From the NCBI GenBank assembly GCA_028714375.1, contig JAQTMK010000001.1:136988-200987 (forward strand): a stretch of 64,000 nucleotides of DNA, written 5' to 3'. Position numbers and translations under genes: made by a program. Position 1 is the first letter of the stretch. The number at the start of each line of letters is the position of its first letter. This document shows, piece after piece, positions 10,131 to 19,420 of this stretch. Below the pieces are notes generated by a model. The model had not been told where the DNA came from, did no database searches, and was given only the letters and a program-made list of their open reading frames with translations. This stretch comes from Candidatus Nanoarchaeia archaeon. GTDB lineage: Archaea > Nanobdellota > Nanobdellia > SCGC-AAA011-G17 > JACPNG01.

Positions 10131-10329
10131 AAAAGTAGCAAAAAAAGTTTTAAGCAAAAGAAACAGAGAATTAGCAAAAAGAGCTGCAAAAATAACTGTA
10201 AGGGAAGTTAGAAGAGTTGCACCAAAAGCAAGAAGAGAAGTTGAAAAAATATATCACTTTGGCAAGAGTGAAGCAAAAAAGATAATAATAGAGATTAAGA
10301 GATCTCCAAAAAAGAAGAAAAAGAAATGA
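10117..10329 (+). CDS. small Lys/Arg-rich basic protein (hypothetical)
   Basis: 70 aa, highly basic, poly-K tail. Overlaps the upstream stop and shares ATGA with the downstream peptidase gene, suggesting translational coupling. Confidence 0.35.
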   Translation: MKKIRKVAKKVLSKRNRELAKRAAKITVREVRRVAPKARREVEKIYHFGKSEAKKIIIEIKRSPKKKKKK

Positions 10330-11174
10330 TTTTTATAATTTTAGCTTTGATTGGAGTAGTCGGTCTAATTTTAGCTTCTTATTTTGATATTAAAACTAGG
10401 GAAATACCAAACATAATCAGTTTTACTATGATTGCTTTGGGATTAGGATTGAGATTAATCTATTCAGTCATAAACAAAGAGATTATGTTTTTTGTTTACG
10501 GATTGTTGGCATTCGGTATATTTTTCCTGTTTGGAGTTTTGATGTATTACACAAAACAATGGGGGGGAGGAGACACAAAATTATTAATGGCTCTTGGAGC
10601 ACTATTTGGAACTTGGTCAACAGATTATTTTTTATTATCTCTGATAATAACCTTAATTTTCGTAGCCGCTGTTTATGGATTAGTCTGGGCAGTTTATCTT
10701 ACAATCAAGAATTACAGGAAGTTTAGCAAGATTTTCAAGCAAATATATTATAATAAAAAAATCCAAACAATTATTATTTCTGTCTTCGCAGTTTTATTGA
10801 TATTGGTTTCTTTGATTATCGAAGACAAAACTCTCGGATTTGTGCTTACAATCATGGCCTTTTTGGTTTTGATTTATTATTATCTTCTGATTTATCTCAA
10901 GGTTGTTGAAAAAGCATGCATGGAAAAAACAATCCCGGTATCAAAACTGACAGAAGGCGATTGGGTAATCCATGATGTTAAAAAAGGAAATAAACTGATT
11001 TATTCTAAAAAATATAATATAACAAAAAAACATATTGAAATTTTAAATAAATATAAAATCAAAGAAGTTACAATCAAAGAAGGATTTCCTTTTGTTCCAG
11101 CTTTTCTTCTGGCTTTAATAATTAATTTTTTAATAAGTAAAATTTTGGTTAGATTTTTGCTTAGTTTTATGTAA
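10326..11174 (+). CDS. A24-family prepilin/preflagellin peptidase (PibD/FlaK-like)
   Basis: Polytopic membrane protein with the catalytic Asp in DIKTREIPN and the second catalytic motif WGGGDTKLLMALG. Confidence 0.75.
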   Translation: MIFIILALIGVVGLILASYFDIKTREIPNIISFTMIALGLGLRLIYSVINKEIMFFVYGLLAFGIFFLFGVLMYYTKQWGGGDTKLLMALGALFGTWSTDYFLLSLIITLIFVAAVYGLVWAVYLTIKNYRKFSKIFKQIYYNKKIQTIIISVFAVLLILVSLIIEDKTLGFVLTIMAFLVLIYYYLLIYLKVVEKACMEKTIPVSKLTEGDWVIHDVKKGNKLIYSKKYNITKKHIEILNKYKIKEVTIKEGFPFVPAFLLALIINFLISKILVRFLLSFM

Positions 11175-11176
11175 TT

Positions 11177-11791
11177 TTATCCTGGAAAATCATCATCGAA
11201 ATCAAAATCAATAATCTCTTCTTCTTTATTGATTATTTTTTCTTTCTTTTCTTCTTTTGGTAATTTTGAGATTATCATTTTTGCCAATTCTTCTCCTTTG
11301 TGGAGTTCTTTTGGATCCCAGCTGAACACAATGCCATCGTTTTCATATCTTGGGATTATGTGAACAAGTAAATGGGGAGCATTTTGTCCAGCAGCTTTTC
11401 CATTTGCAACAAATATGTTTGTACCTTCAGCATTTAATCCTTCAAACACCCCTTTTGCAATCCTGTTTGCAATGCTGAACATTTCCCTTACAGAATGATC
11501 ATCCATCTGGCTTAAAACCATATAATGTCTTTTTGGAAATAAGATAACATGCCCAGGATTAGCAGGATTAATGTCTAAAACTCCCATAAAATCAGAATTT
11601 TCAAAAACTTTTATAGATTCAATTTTTCCATGGGCAATCATGCAGAAAGGACATCTTCCTTCGTTAATCTGATTTACCTCATCATCATCCATCGTAGAAA
11701 TAATTTCTTGTAGCTTCTTCTCTTTTTCTTCATCGCTTAATCCAGCGAGTTGAGATTGAATTTTCCTTATCTTATCTTCGCTTAAAACCAT
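11177..11791 (-). CDS. HIT (histidine triad)-family hydrolase with N- and C-terminal extensions
   Basis: Zn-binding CPFC, HIT-like core ending in APHLLVHIIPR (a variant of the HxHxHxx motif). Confidence 0.65.
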   Translation of the reverse strand: MVLSEDKIRKIQSQLAGLSDEEKEKKLQEIISTMDDDEVNQINEGRCPFCMIAHGKIESIKVFENSDFMGVLDINPANPGHVILFPKRHYMVLSQMDDHSVREMFSIANRIAKGVFEGLNAEGTNIFVANGKAAGQNAPHLLVHIIPRYENDGIVFSWDPKELHKGEELAKMIISKLPKEEKKEKIINKEEEIIDFDFDDDFPG

Positions 11792-11793
11792 CT

Positions 11794-12069
11794 TTAACCC
11801 ATTGCTCTGGAGACTTGGATAGTTTCAATGCTGCTTACTTCATCCAGGTCTCTGATAGCATCTTCTAAAGCATCATAATTTCCTAAATTTTCATCCATGG
11901 CAAATCTTGGAAGTATTGCTTTTATTCCAAATGCAACTTCTTCAGTTGTTATCCCTAAAATTCTTGCTCCAAAATTCTCCACTTCTTTCCTTATTTTTTC
12001 AGTAGATTCTTTAACATTTATATCTGGAGAAGCTAGAACACATTTTAAGGTTACAATCACATCTGCCAT
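11794..12069 (-). CDS. ef1b: translation elongation factor 1 beta (aEF-1beta)
   Basis: MADVIVTLKCVLASPD...EEVAFGIKAIL...IETIQVSRAMG is the typical aEF-1beta. Start placed at the internal Met (12069), directly after the stop of the Zn-ribbon gene. Confidence 0.8.
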   Translation of the reverse strand: MADVIVTLKCVLASPDINVKESTEKIRKEVENFGARILGITTEEVAFGIKAILPRFAMDENLGNYDALEDAIRDLDEVSSIETIQVSRAMG

Positions 12070-12070
12070 C

Positions 12071-12244
12071 TTAATTAGGACCTTCAAAACCACAGCTTTT
12101 GCATTTATATTTTGCTGCAATTTTTCTACAGTTTAAGCATCTAACTATTTCAACTTCACCACAATTAGGACACATAAAACTTGTTGATCCAACATCATTG
12201 GTTATTTCCCTTTTGCATGAAATGCATGTTTTTATATGTTTCAT
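12071..12244 (-). CDS. Zn-ribbon protein (COG2888-like, commonly upstream of aEF-1beta)
   Basis: Hand translation of the minus strand: MKHIKTCISCKREITNDVGSTSFMCPNCGEVEIVRCLNCRKIAAKYKCKSCGFEGPN*. Four CxxC pairs. Too short for the ORF track. Confidence 0.6.
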   Translation of the reverse strand: MKHIKTCISCKREITNDVGSTSFMCPNCGEVEIVRCLNCRKIAAKYKCKSCGFEGPN

Positions 12245-12297
12245 GGTTGTTTTTGTAGATATAGCATTTATAAAGTTTTTGATACTTTAAAATAAAG

Positions 12298-12369
12298 GGG
12301 CGAATAGTATAAAGGATAGTACACGGCTTTGCGGAAGCTGGAATCGGGGTTCAATTCCTCGTTCGCCCG
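12298..12369 (+). tRNA. tRNA-Arg (anticodon GCG)
   Basis: Cloverleaf folded by hand: acceptor GGGCGAA/TTCGCCC, D-arm GTAT...GTAC with GG in the loop, anticodon stem CGGCT/AGCTG with loop TTGCGGA, T-arm CGGGG-TTCAATT-CCTCG, discriminator G, no encoded CCA. Confidence 0.75.
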
Positions 12370-12535
12370 TAAATTAGTAAAGAAAGAATTACAACAATTT
12401 ATAAATAAATTATAACCCTCATTCTTTAAATTTTTTAAGAATCAATAAAATGAAAAAACAAAAATGTCAAAAAAGAAAATGGTTTAGAGAATTAAAAGAA
12501 AATGTGAAAAAATTAGAGACATAGATAATTATAAA

Positions 12536-13291
12536 ATGGGAAATAAATATTTAGAATGGATTGGAACTGGTTCAGGATTAAATTTTACATTAGGAAACAC
12601 TTCTTTTTTAATCAAAGGAGGAGAGAGAATCCTTTTAGTTGATTGTGGATATACAGTTCCATTAGAATTAATGAAATCTGGACAATTAAAAGATATAACA
12701 GATGTTATTCTGACTCATACCCATGCTGACCATATTGGAGGGATTGAAGGGTTTGCTTATATGAATTACTTTGCTTTTAAAAAAAGAGAAGACCAAAGGC
12801 CAAATCTTTACATTGCGACAGAAAAATTTGCACAGAGATTATGGAATAATTCTCTTAAGGGAGGATTAGAAAAGATACAAGATGAGGAGAATATCCCTCA
12901 AAATGTAACTCTTGATACTTACTTCAAGATCCATATTGGGAAACAGATAGATATTTTAGGATTACCAACTGCAACATTATTTCCAGCATCCCATGTCCAG
13001 GGAATGGAGAATTATGGAGTAAGTTTTGACAACGGAGTTTGGTATTCTGGGGATTCTTTAGACTTACCCAAAAACAATTCAAAACTAATTTTTCAAGATT
13101 GCCAATTCTACGAAACTATAGCCGATGTTCATGTATCTTATAACAGATTAAAACAAGAATTGTCTCCAGACGTTAAAGCCAAAACATATCTTGTTCATCT
13201 TGGTGGTGGTTGGGAACAAAAAAATCCAAAGGCAGATGGTTTTGCAGGATTTGTTATGCCTAAACAAAGATTTGATCTTGAATCCCTATAA
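12536..13291 (+). CDS. metallo-beta-lactamase-fold hydrolase
   Basis: LTHTHADHIGG (HxHxDH) motif with downstream His/Asp ligands. Confidence 0.75.
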   Translation: MGNKYLEWIGTGSGLNFTLGNTSFLIKGGERILLVDCGYTVPLELMKSGQLKDITDVILTHTHADHIGGIEGFAYMNYFAFKKREDQRPNLYIATEKFAQRLWNNSLKGGLEKIQDEENIPQNVTLDTYFKIHIGKQIDILGLPTATLFPASHVQGMENYGVSFDNGVWYSGDSLDLPKNNSKLIFQDCQFYETIADVHVSYNRLKQELSPDVKAKTYLVHLGGGWEQKNPKADGFAGFVMPKQRFDLESL

Positions 13292-13368
13292 AACTAATTT
13301 TATTAGCAAGATCGTAGAGGCGTAATCTTTATTAAATAATTTAAACCTTAAATATTGGAGGTGTTTAA

Positions 13369-13608
13369 ATGGAACTAAGCTTAATTGGTCTGATTGTTCT
13401 TGTATTAGGTTGGATAATCCAGTTAATTCATTCCTGGAAAAACAACCACGAAATAAGACAATGGTTTTTAATCTTTTACATGGTTGGTGTTGGATTATTA
13501 GTTATAGATGGCTTCCAAAATAATTTAAAAGAATTAGCAATCCTAAACCTAGTCAGTTTGATTGTTGCTGGATTAATCCTGTTAAGATTAAAATTCAGGA
13601 AGAAATAA
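13369..13608 (+). CDS. small two-TM membrane protein (hypothetical)
   Basis: 79 aa, two hydrophobic helices; GGAGG-like ribosome-binding site (TTGGAGGTG) 7 nt upstream. Confidence 0.4.
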   Translation: MELSLIGLIVLVLGWIIQLIHSWKNNHEIRQWFLIFYMVGVGLLVIDGFQNNLKELAILNLVSLIVAGLILLRLKFRKK

Positions 13609-14665
13609 TTCTGTTTTTTATTGTTATTTTTGTTTTGCTTAATTTGATTCTTTTTTCCGCTTCACTTAATATCAACTTTAGCATTTCAGGATAGGAAAAA
13701 TTTTCAAGTGAAAACATCGTTGACAGATGACTGTCCCAGCACCATCCAGGATTTGGGTTTACTTCAAGTAATTTTGGTTCTCCGTTTTCATTTAATCTCC
13801 AGTCAAATCTTGCATAGTCTTTGCACTTCATGTATTGGAACATTTTTAATGAACCATCTTCAACTAGTTTTTTAGTGGATTTATCCAAGATTACAGGAAC
13901 AGATTTGATACATTTCCAGTAAGCAGATTCTGGTTCCCACTTTGCTTCACTTCCGCATATTTTTGGTAAATCTTCTGGCAGCGTGCCGTAATCTTCCTTA
14001 ATCATTGGCAAAACCTTGTAAGAATAAGGTGGATTTCCTAATATTCCAACCATAACATCATCACCGCTTAAGAATTCCTCAATCAAGATTTTTCCATTGT
14101 ATTTGAATTTGGTTCTTAATGTTAAAATTGCTTTATTTAATTCTTTATTATTTTTTACAACACTGTCTTTATTTATTCCAAAACTTCCATCACCCTGTGC
14201 AGGTTTTACAATTACAGGAAAACTAATTTCTTCATCGATTTCATTCTCATTTTCTTTAAGTAAATAAAATTTAGCAGTTGGAACTCCAAGTTTTTCTGCA
14301 TAAACTTTGACTAGATGTTTGTCATAACAGGTAACCAATCCCTCTCTGCTTGCACCAGTGTAAGGAATTTCTAATCTGGTTAATAAATCAGGAATGTCTG
14401 CTTCATGTTTTGGGTCATTGTTAAATCCTTCATCGCATAAATTAAAAACAAAATCAGTATTGTCTTTGAGTTTAATCAAATCTTCTTCAAGAGTATCATG
14501 ATTGTCTAGAAAAGTAAAATTAATGTTTTCAATTTTATTTAGAGCTTCTTTTAATTTACGGATGGTCTCAAAATCATCCTCATCAAAAATTCCGCCAGGT
14601 TTTACTGGATCAGATTTTCTTGGGTCTCCGAGTATCACGACAATATTTTTTATCAATGTTAACAC
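13595..14665 (-). CDS. ATP-grasp enzyme, D-alanine--D-alanine ligase-like
   Basis: N-terminal Rossmann-like ILGDPRKSD, central ATP-grasp region, C-terminal LLEVNPNPGW motif typical of the Ddl family. Confidence 0.55.
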   Translation of the reverse strand: MLTLIKNIVVILGDPRKSDPVKPGGIFDEDDFETIRKLKEALNKIENINFTFLDNHDTLEEDLIKLKDNTDFVFNLCDEGFNNDPKHEADIPDLLTRLEIPYTGASREGLVTCYDKHLVKVYAEKLGVPTAKFYLLKENENEIDEEISFPVIVKPAQGDGSFGINKDSVVKNNKELNKAILTLRTKFKYNGKILIEEFLSGDDVMVGILGNPPYSYKVLPMIKEDYGTLPEDLPKICGSEAKWEPESAYWKCIKSVPVILDKSTKKLVEDGSLKMFQYMKCKDYARFDWRLNENGEPKLLEVNPNPGWCWDSHLSTMFSLENFSYPEMLKLILSEAEKRIKLSKTKITIKNRIISS

Positions 14666-14727
14666 TGAGTTTAACTGACTTATTTTAATGTTTATAAATT
14701 TTTCTAATTTAAAAAAAAGAAAAAGAT

Positions 14728-15681
14728 TTAGACGTCCTGAATTCCATCATCAGTAACGCTAAATATACATTCTGCGTCGGGCATAGCAGGAGCATCAACC
14801 AGCTTGGCAACTCTTGTTCCTTTCTTGCCTCTTCTCACATAAACCCTGTAAGTACTTGCGTGAGCTAAGACATGTCCACCAATAGCTTCTGTTGGATCTC
14901 CAAAGAAAACATCTGGTTTAGACATAACCTGGTTTGTGATATAAACAGCAATGTTATAGGTATGTGCCAGTTTAAGCAGAGCATGTAAATGTTTGTTTAA
15001 TTTCTGCTGTCTGTCTGCAAGCTGCCCTCTTCCTGAAAAATCACTTCTAAAATGACCCATCAAAGAATCGACAACAACGAGTTTGACAGGTAAGCCTTCT
15101 TTAATCAAGTCTTCAACGTTTTCAGCCAGTAACATCTGATGGTCTGAATTAAATGCCCTTACACCTCTGAAGTTTTTTAATGCTTCATTTGGCTCTAATC
15201 CTTTTACCTTTGCAAGTTTTGCAAGATACTCAGGTCTTATAGTTCCTTCTGTATCAATCCAGACAGCCATTCCCTCTGCTCCGCCTTTGTCTTTTGGTAA
15301 CTGAACATTGACAGATAACTGATGTGCCAAAGAAGTTTTTCCAGAACCATAAGCACCATAAACTTCAGTTATTGCTCCAGTTTCTACTCCTCCACCCAAA
15401 ATTTTGTCAAACTCTTTGCTACCAGTACTGATCTTGATAACAGCTTCTCTTTTTCTCAGTAAATCCTCTCCAGACTCAAAACCCATGCTAAGTCCTTCTC
15501 TTGCAGCCTTGATTATTTTTCTTGCTGTAGCTTCAGTCACCCCAGCAACATTAACCAATTCTCCAGGACTTGAAACTGCTAAACTCATTAGATTATCAAA
15601 ACCTGCTTCAGATAGTTTTTCTGCTGTTGCAGCACCAACTCCTGGCAAGTCTTTAATTGTGATCTCTTTTTTTTCTGCCAT
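14728..15681 (-). CDS. radA: DNA repair and recombination protein RadA
   Basis: N-terminal HhH ([17 protein letters not shown]), Walker [22 protein letters not shown], RecA-fold length 317 aa. Confidence 0.9.
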   Translation of the reverse strand: MAEKKEITIKDLPGVGAATAEKLSEAGFDNLMSLAVSSPGELVNVAGVTEATARKIIKAAREGLSMGFESGEDLLRKREAVIKISTGSKEFDKILGGGVETGAITEVYGAYGSGKTSLAHQLSVNVQLPKDKGGAEGMAVWIDTEGTIRPEYLAKLAKVKGLEPNEALKNFRGVRAFNSDHQMLLAENVEDLIKEGLPVKLVVVDSLMGHFRSDFSGRGQLADRQQKLNKHLHALLKLAHTYNIAVYITNQVMSKPDVFFGDPTEAIGGHVLAHASTYRVYVRRGKKGTRVAKLVDAPAMPDAECIFSVTDDGIQDV

Positions 15682-15683
15682 TT

Positions 15684-15935
15684 TTATTCCTCCTCATCAC
15701 TATTAAGATAAAGTTCTTCTTGAGCTTTTTGTAAAAGCAAAATAGCTTTTGGAATATCTGCTCTCCTCAAGTTAACAACATCAGATCTCCATACATCTGT
15801 ATCTCTTTTCTTCCACTTTCTTGAAAGACTTATTGTCTTGAATTCTACTTTGGTTCCATTACTTTCTTTTTCATTTAACCAAACCGCAACATCAAAGTTG
15901 CCAGAACTCCATTTTTTTATAGGTTTATTTGCCAT
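15684..15935 (-). CDS. hypothetical small protein co-transcribed upstream of radA
   Basis: 83 aa ORF ending 3 nt before radA; acidic tail. No recognisable family. Confidence 0.4.
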   Translation of the reverse strand: MANKPIKKWSSGNFDVAVWLNEKESNGTKVEFKTISLSRKWKKRDTDVWRSDVVNLRRADIPKAILLLQKAQEELYLNSDEEE

Positions 15936-16048
15936 TTTACCTCCGATTGCTTTCGCGTTTTATTTCAGTGGAGGTTTTCCACCAATAGAATTAGAAAACA
16001 GACCTTTGTTTATAAATCTTATTTGAGGTTGTCGTGAATCTATCTACT

Positions 16049-16930
16049 TTAGCATATACTTTTCAAATACTCATCCTTACTTTTAAATCCGTGTTTGTTT
16101 GCTAATTTTTTAATAGCTTTGTCAAATTTGCTTCCATACTGTGCAGCAAGTTTCTTTCTCTCACTTAATTCTTTATCATATTTTAAGTCTTTAGCTACCT
16201 CTCTTAACACAACTTTGCTCTGATTTTTAACAATCTTGTATTTTTCAGGAATTCTTAATGAATAATTAACCAAATCTTTATCTAGAAAAGGACATCTAAG
16301 ATTTACCTTGAAATATTCTGCTAATTTAGAATCCCTTATTAAATCTCTATTATAAATTTTCAATAAACCTCTTTGACATTCTTTGTTTATGTTTGAAGAT
16401 AGTCTATGTCTTTCATAACCAGCAAATATTTCCTCGCTTCCCAGGCCGGTAAAAACAGTTTTTATTTTGTCTTTTTTAGCTTGTTCTAAACAAAAATAGA
16501 CTGGAAGCCCAACCCCAACTGTAACAACATCATTTTTCCCGGTTATTTTGATTATTTTTGGAATTATTTTTTCAGCTTTATTTAATTTAATTTTAATAAT
16601 TTTTAATTTTAAATTATATTTCTTTGCAGCTTTTTTTGCATATATCAAGTCCTTTGCTGTATCCATACTTTTTTCATCTAAGACCGCAGTATAGCAGATA
16701 AAGTTTTTCTTATGTTTCTTAGACAGATACGCAATAAATCCAGAATCAATTCCGCCTGAAAATAATATCACAAATCTTTCTCTTGGCCATCTTTTCTCTA
16801 AAGCTTTGATAAATAGTTCTTTGACATTTGTTTTGATTATTTTTAGGGAATCTTTTATTTCAGGTTTTATTTTTAGATCTTTTTCTTTGATTTTTTTCCA
16901 GTAATTTACTTCTACCATAAAATAAATCAA
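16049..16930 (-). CDS. PP-loop ATP pyrophosphatase, asparagine synthase (AsnB) C-terminal-domain-like
   Basis: PP-loop VILFSGGIDSG and the AsnB-type GSEEIFAGYERH motif; no N-terminal glutaminase domain. Confidence 0.6.
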   Translation of the reverse strand: MIYFMVEVNYWKKIKEKDLKIKPEIKDSLKIIKTNVKELFIKALEKRWPRERFVILFSGGIDSGFIAYLSKKHKKNFICYTAVLDEKSMDTAKDLIYAKKAAKKYNLKLKIIKIKLNKAEKIIPKIIKITGKNDVVTVGVGLPVYFCLEQAKKDKIKTVFTGLGSEEIFAGYERHRLSSNINKECQRGLLKIYNRDLIRDSKLAEYFKVNLRCPFLDKDLVNYSLRIPEKYKIVKNQSKVVLREVAKDLKYDKELSERKKLAAQYGSKFDKAIKKLANKHGFKSKDEYLKSIC

Positions 16931-16980
16931 TAAACTAATTTAATAAAACTTGTCAATATATATGTATATATAATTAGAAT

Positions 16981-17009
16981 AAAAAAACCAGCTAAAAAAC
17001 GCTAGCTGG
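16981..17009 (-). terminator. hairpin plus T-tract terminator after the 17031-17456 gene (minus strand)
   Basis: CCAGCTA...TAGCTGG 7-bp stem followed on the minus strand by TTTTTTT. Confidence 0.4.
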
Positions 17010-17030
17010 TAAAAAATGATTCTAAGATTA

Positions 17031-17456
17031 TCACTTAACCCTCTTGCCAACTACTTTTAAATGCCAACTCCCCAACGAACCCTTGAGAAGAAGTGAACCT
17101 TCTCTAAAATCATCAAGAAGTTTTGTTCCAACTTTAGTCTGATTATAGAAGGATTTACTAACTGGAAGTTCAAAAACAATTTCATTTAATCCATCTGCAA
17201 TTTGTTCTTCCAAGTCTAAGGAGTAATGTATTTGTCTTAATTCTATTTTCAGAAGATATTCTTTTCCGATTTCTCCTTGTACACTTTGTTTTTTTGCAAT
17301 TAGTTTTTCGATATCCTTCTCTAGTTGGGTTTTTTGTATAAGAAGTTTTTCGATGTCTGATTTAATAGCCTCCTCAGGTGTCTGACCAAACAGGACAACT
17401 ACAAGGGTTAAGATCAACGATAGCGTAATTAATGTTTTCTTCATCGCCTTCTCCAA
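17031..17456 (-). CDS. secreted coiled-coil protein (hypothetical)
   Basis: N-terminal signal peptide, then KLLIQKTQLEKDIEKLIAKKQ coiled-coil region. Confidence 0.45.
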   Translation of the reverse strand: MEKAMKKTLITLSLILTLVVVLFGQTPEEAIKSDIEKLLIQKTQLEKDIEKLIAKKQSVQGEIGKEYLLKIELRQIHYSLDLEEQIADGLNEIVFELPVSKSFYNQTKVGTKLLDDFREGSLLLKGSLGSWHLKVVGKRVK

Positions 17457-17590
17457 TCAGTTAAATTGTTAATCTTCCAAGGTTTTCCCTTAATTTCAGA
17501 AATCAGGACAGAGTTTAATCTAAGGGATCACCTCGTTAAATTCATTAAAACAACAAAGAAAACCAGAATATGTTTAATATTTAAAACTTC

Positions 17591-18583
17591 CTATAAAGAA
17601 TTAACAACTTCACTCAAAACTTTTTTGACATCAACTTTTTCAACATAATTCCCAGTAAACTCAACTCTCTGGAACATTTCGTTTTTATTTGTTCTTCCAG
17701 AAACTTTAATTAATTCACCCAAAATATTGTCTTTTACAGAATTAAACAAATCAGGATTTTTCCTTATCTCTAAGATTGTCTCATCATCCAATTTTAAAAT
17801 TTTCTTTGCATTATCTCTAAAAAGAACAGTTCTTATTGCTTCAGATCCGTCATCAAGATAAAAATTTAAGATAGGAACAGGAACTTCTTTCACAATCCCA
17901 TGCTCATTGCATTTAAATGCTCCATCCTCAAAAATAACTTTTTTGTTGCATTCAGGACATGAATCATAAAATCTTAAGTCAAAAACCTGAACAATAGTCC
18001 CTTGTATTGTTGTGTTTTGATTTTCACCCAAATCTTTAATCTTAACTACACTCCCTCTATCAATTTCTTTGTTAACATCAGCGATTACAACACCGGCAGG
18101 ATTGATTTCAATCTTTGAATCATTAGTAAGGTGAATTTCTTTTCCAAAATTATTCTCTTTGATATAAAAATTATCAACCCTTAGTATATCATTAGGATTT
18201 ACAGTTTCAATAGTGTTTATTTGGTTAGAATCCCAGATAACCAGCCTGCAGGTTCCAGAATCATCTCCAATAAGCAAATTCTGTACCTTGCCAATCCTTC
18301 CGTTTTTGTTAAACTCCCTGACATCATACTTTGCTATGACTTTGGAATTTAGAGTAACTCCTCTAACCCCAGAAAATAAATTTTTGATCTTAAAATCCTT
18401 CTTGGTGTTTTCAAATATTTTAACACCCAATTCATTTGCAACAATATGTGCAGCACCAGTATTGCTTATTAATCCAGAAAGTTTAGTTAACTTATCATTA
18501 ACTCTGAAATTGACGTCTTCTTTGCTAAGACCTTTCTCACTCATAATTCTTTCTATGATCTCTTCATAGGTTGTACCAAACAT
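17591..18583 (-). CDS. replication protein A (RPA)-like ssDNA-binding protein
   Basis: OB-fold-like segments with a C4 Zn finger (CPECNKK...CNEHG) between them; archaeal RPA architecture. Confidence 0.65.
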   Translation of the reverse strand: MFGTTYEEIIERIMSEKGLSKEDVNFRVNDKLTKLSGLISNTGAAHIVANELGVKIFENTKKDFKIKNLFSGVRGVTLNSKVIAKYDVREFNKNGRIGKVQNLLIGDDSGTCRLVIWDSNQINTIETVNPNDILRVDNFYIKENNFGKEIHLTNDSKIEINPAGVVIADVNKEIDRGSVVKIKDLGENQNTTIQGTIVQVFDLRFYDSCPECNKKVIFEDGAFKCNEHGIVKEVPVPILNFYLDDGSEAIRTVLFRDNAKKILKLDDETILEIRKNPDLFNSVKDNILGELIKVSGRTNKNEMFQRVEFTGNYVEKVDVKKVLSEVVNSL

Positions 18584-18601
18584 TAAAATTCTCCCCCTTT
18601 T

Positions 18602-19420
18602 CTAAACATTAAATTGCTTAGAATTTTCAGTTTTTAAGTTTATTGGAAATCTAGAAGTAGTTTTATAAAAATAATTAAAAGTTATGGTTAATGGAACTGT
18701 TACATAATCTCCCTCAAATTTATATGGAATCTTGCATGGAGCACCAGTAAAACCTTTTTCTTCAAGATCTACCATGCTCTTGCAAATTGTATTTTCATTC
18801 CCTATTTTTACATTTAGATCAGAAACATAATAAACTTCATTCTTTTCTTCTAAAGAATTAATTAATTTTCCGCCACCCTTATTGGCGATGTCAATTTTAA
18901 GGGCTATTATCCCTGCGTCAGTATATTCTGCAATAACACTGATTATAGTTACAGGATATCTTGCTGCAAAATTGTTTCTTGGAGCTAGATTGATATTGTA
19001 AACACCCTTGGTTATTTTTGCTGTATAATCCTGTTCAAATTCAACACCATAATAAACATCTGCGGTAACTTGCAATTTTTCTGGATTTTTATAATTTTCA
19101 TTAAACAAAACAGAAATGTCCTTTGGTTCGATTAATTTATTATTCTCATAACTTATTCCTTCAAGACTAAACCCTTCATACCTTTCAGCATTTTCATTAT
19201 CCCAAAGTTCAATCATTCCCTGAGTCGCTATTGGCATATTGTTTTTTAATATTATCTTAAATTCAACATCATAATTTTTATCTGAAGCAGGGTATATATC
19301 TATTACTGAAGGATTTGTACTGATATCAATTCCCCTGTTTGGAGTGGACTCAGTTTTTTCTCCAGACTTACATCCAACTAACAAAACCAGTACAAACATT
19401 AAAAATATTATTTTTTTCAT
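18602..19420 (-). CDS. lipoprotein (hypothetical), last gene of the pilin-like operon
   Basis: Signal peptide with lipobox LLVGCKSG; start overlaps (ATGA) the stop of the upstream 488-aa gene. Confidence 0.5.
   Translation of the reverse strand: MKKIIFLMFVLVLLVGCKSGEKTESTPNRGIDISTNPSVIDIYPASDKNYDVEFKIILKNNMPIATQGMIELWDNENAERYEGFSLEGISYENNKLIEPKDISVLFNENYKNPEKLQVTADVYYGVEFEQDYTAKITKGVYNINLAPRNNFAARYPVTIISVIAEYTDAGIIALKIDIANKGGGKLINSLEEKNEVYYVSDLNVKIGNENTICKSMVDLEEKGFTGAPCKIPYKFEGDYVTVPLTITFNYFYKTTSRFPINLKTENSKQFNV

Noticed and set aside
12099-12290. Plus-strand 63-aa ORF in the ORF track
   Set aside because: The opposite strand encodes a well-formed 4xCxxC Zn-ribbon protein, positioned exactly as the conserved partner of aEF-1beta.
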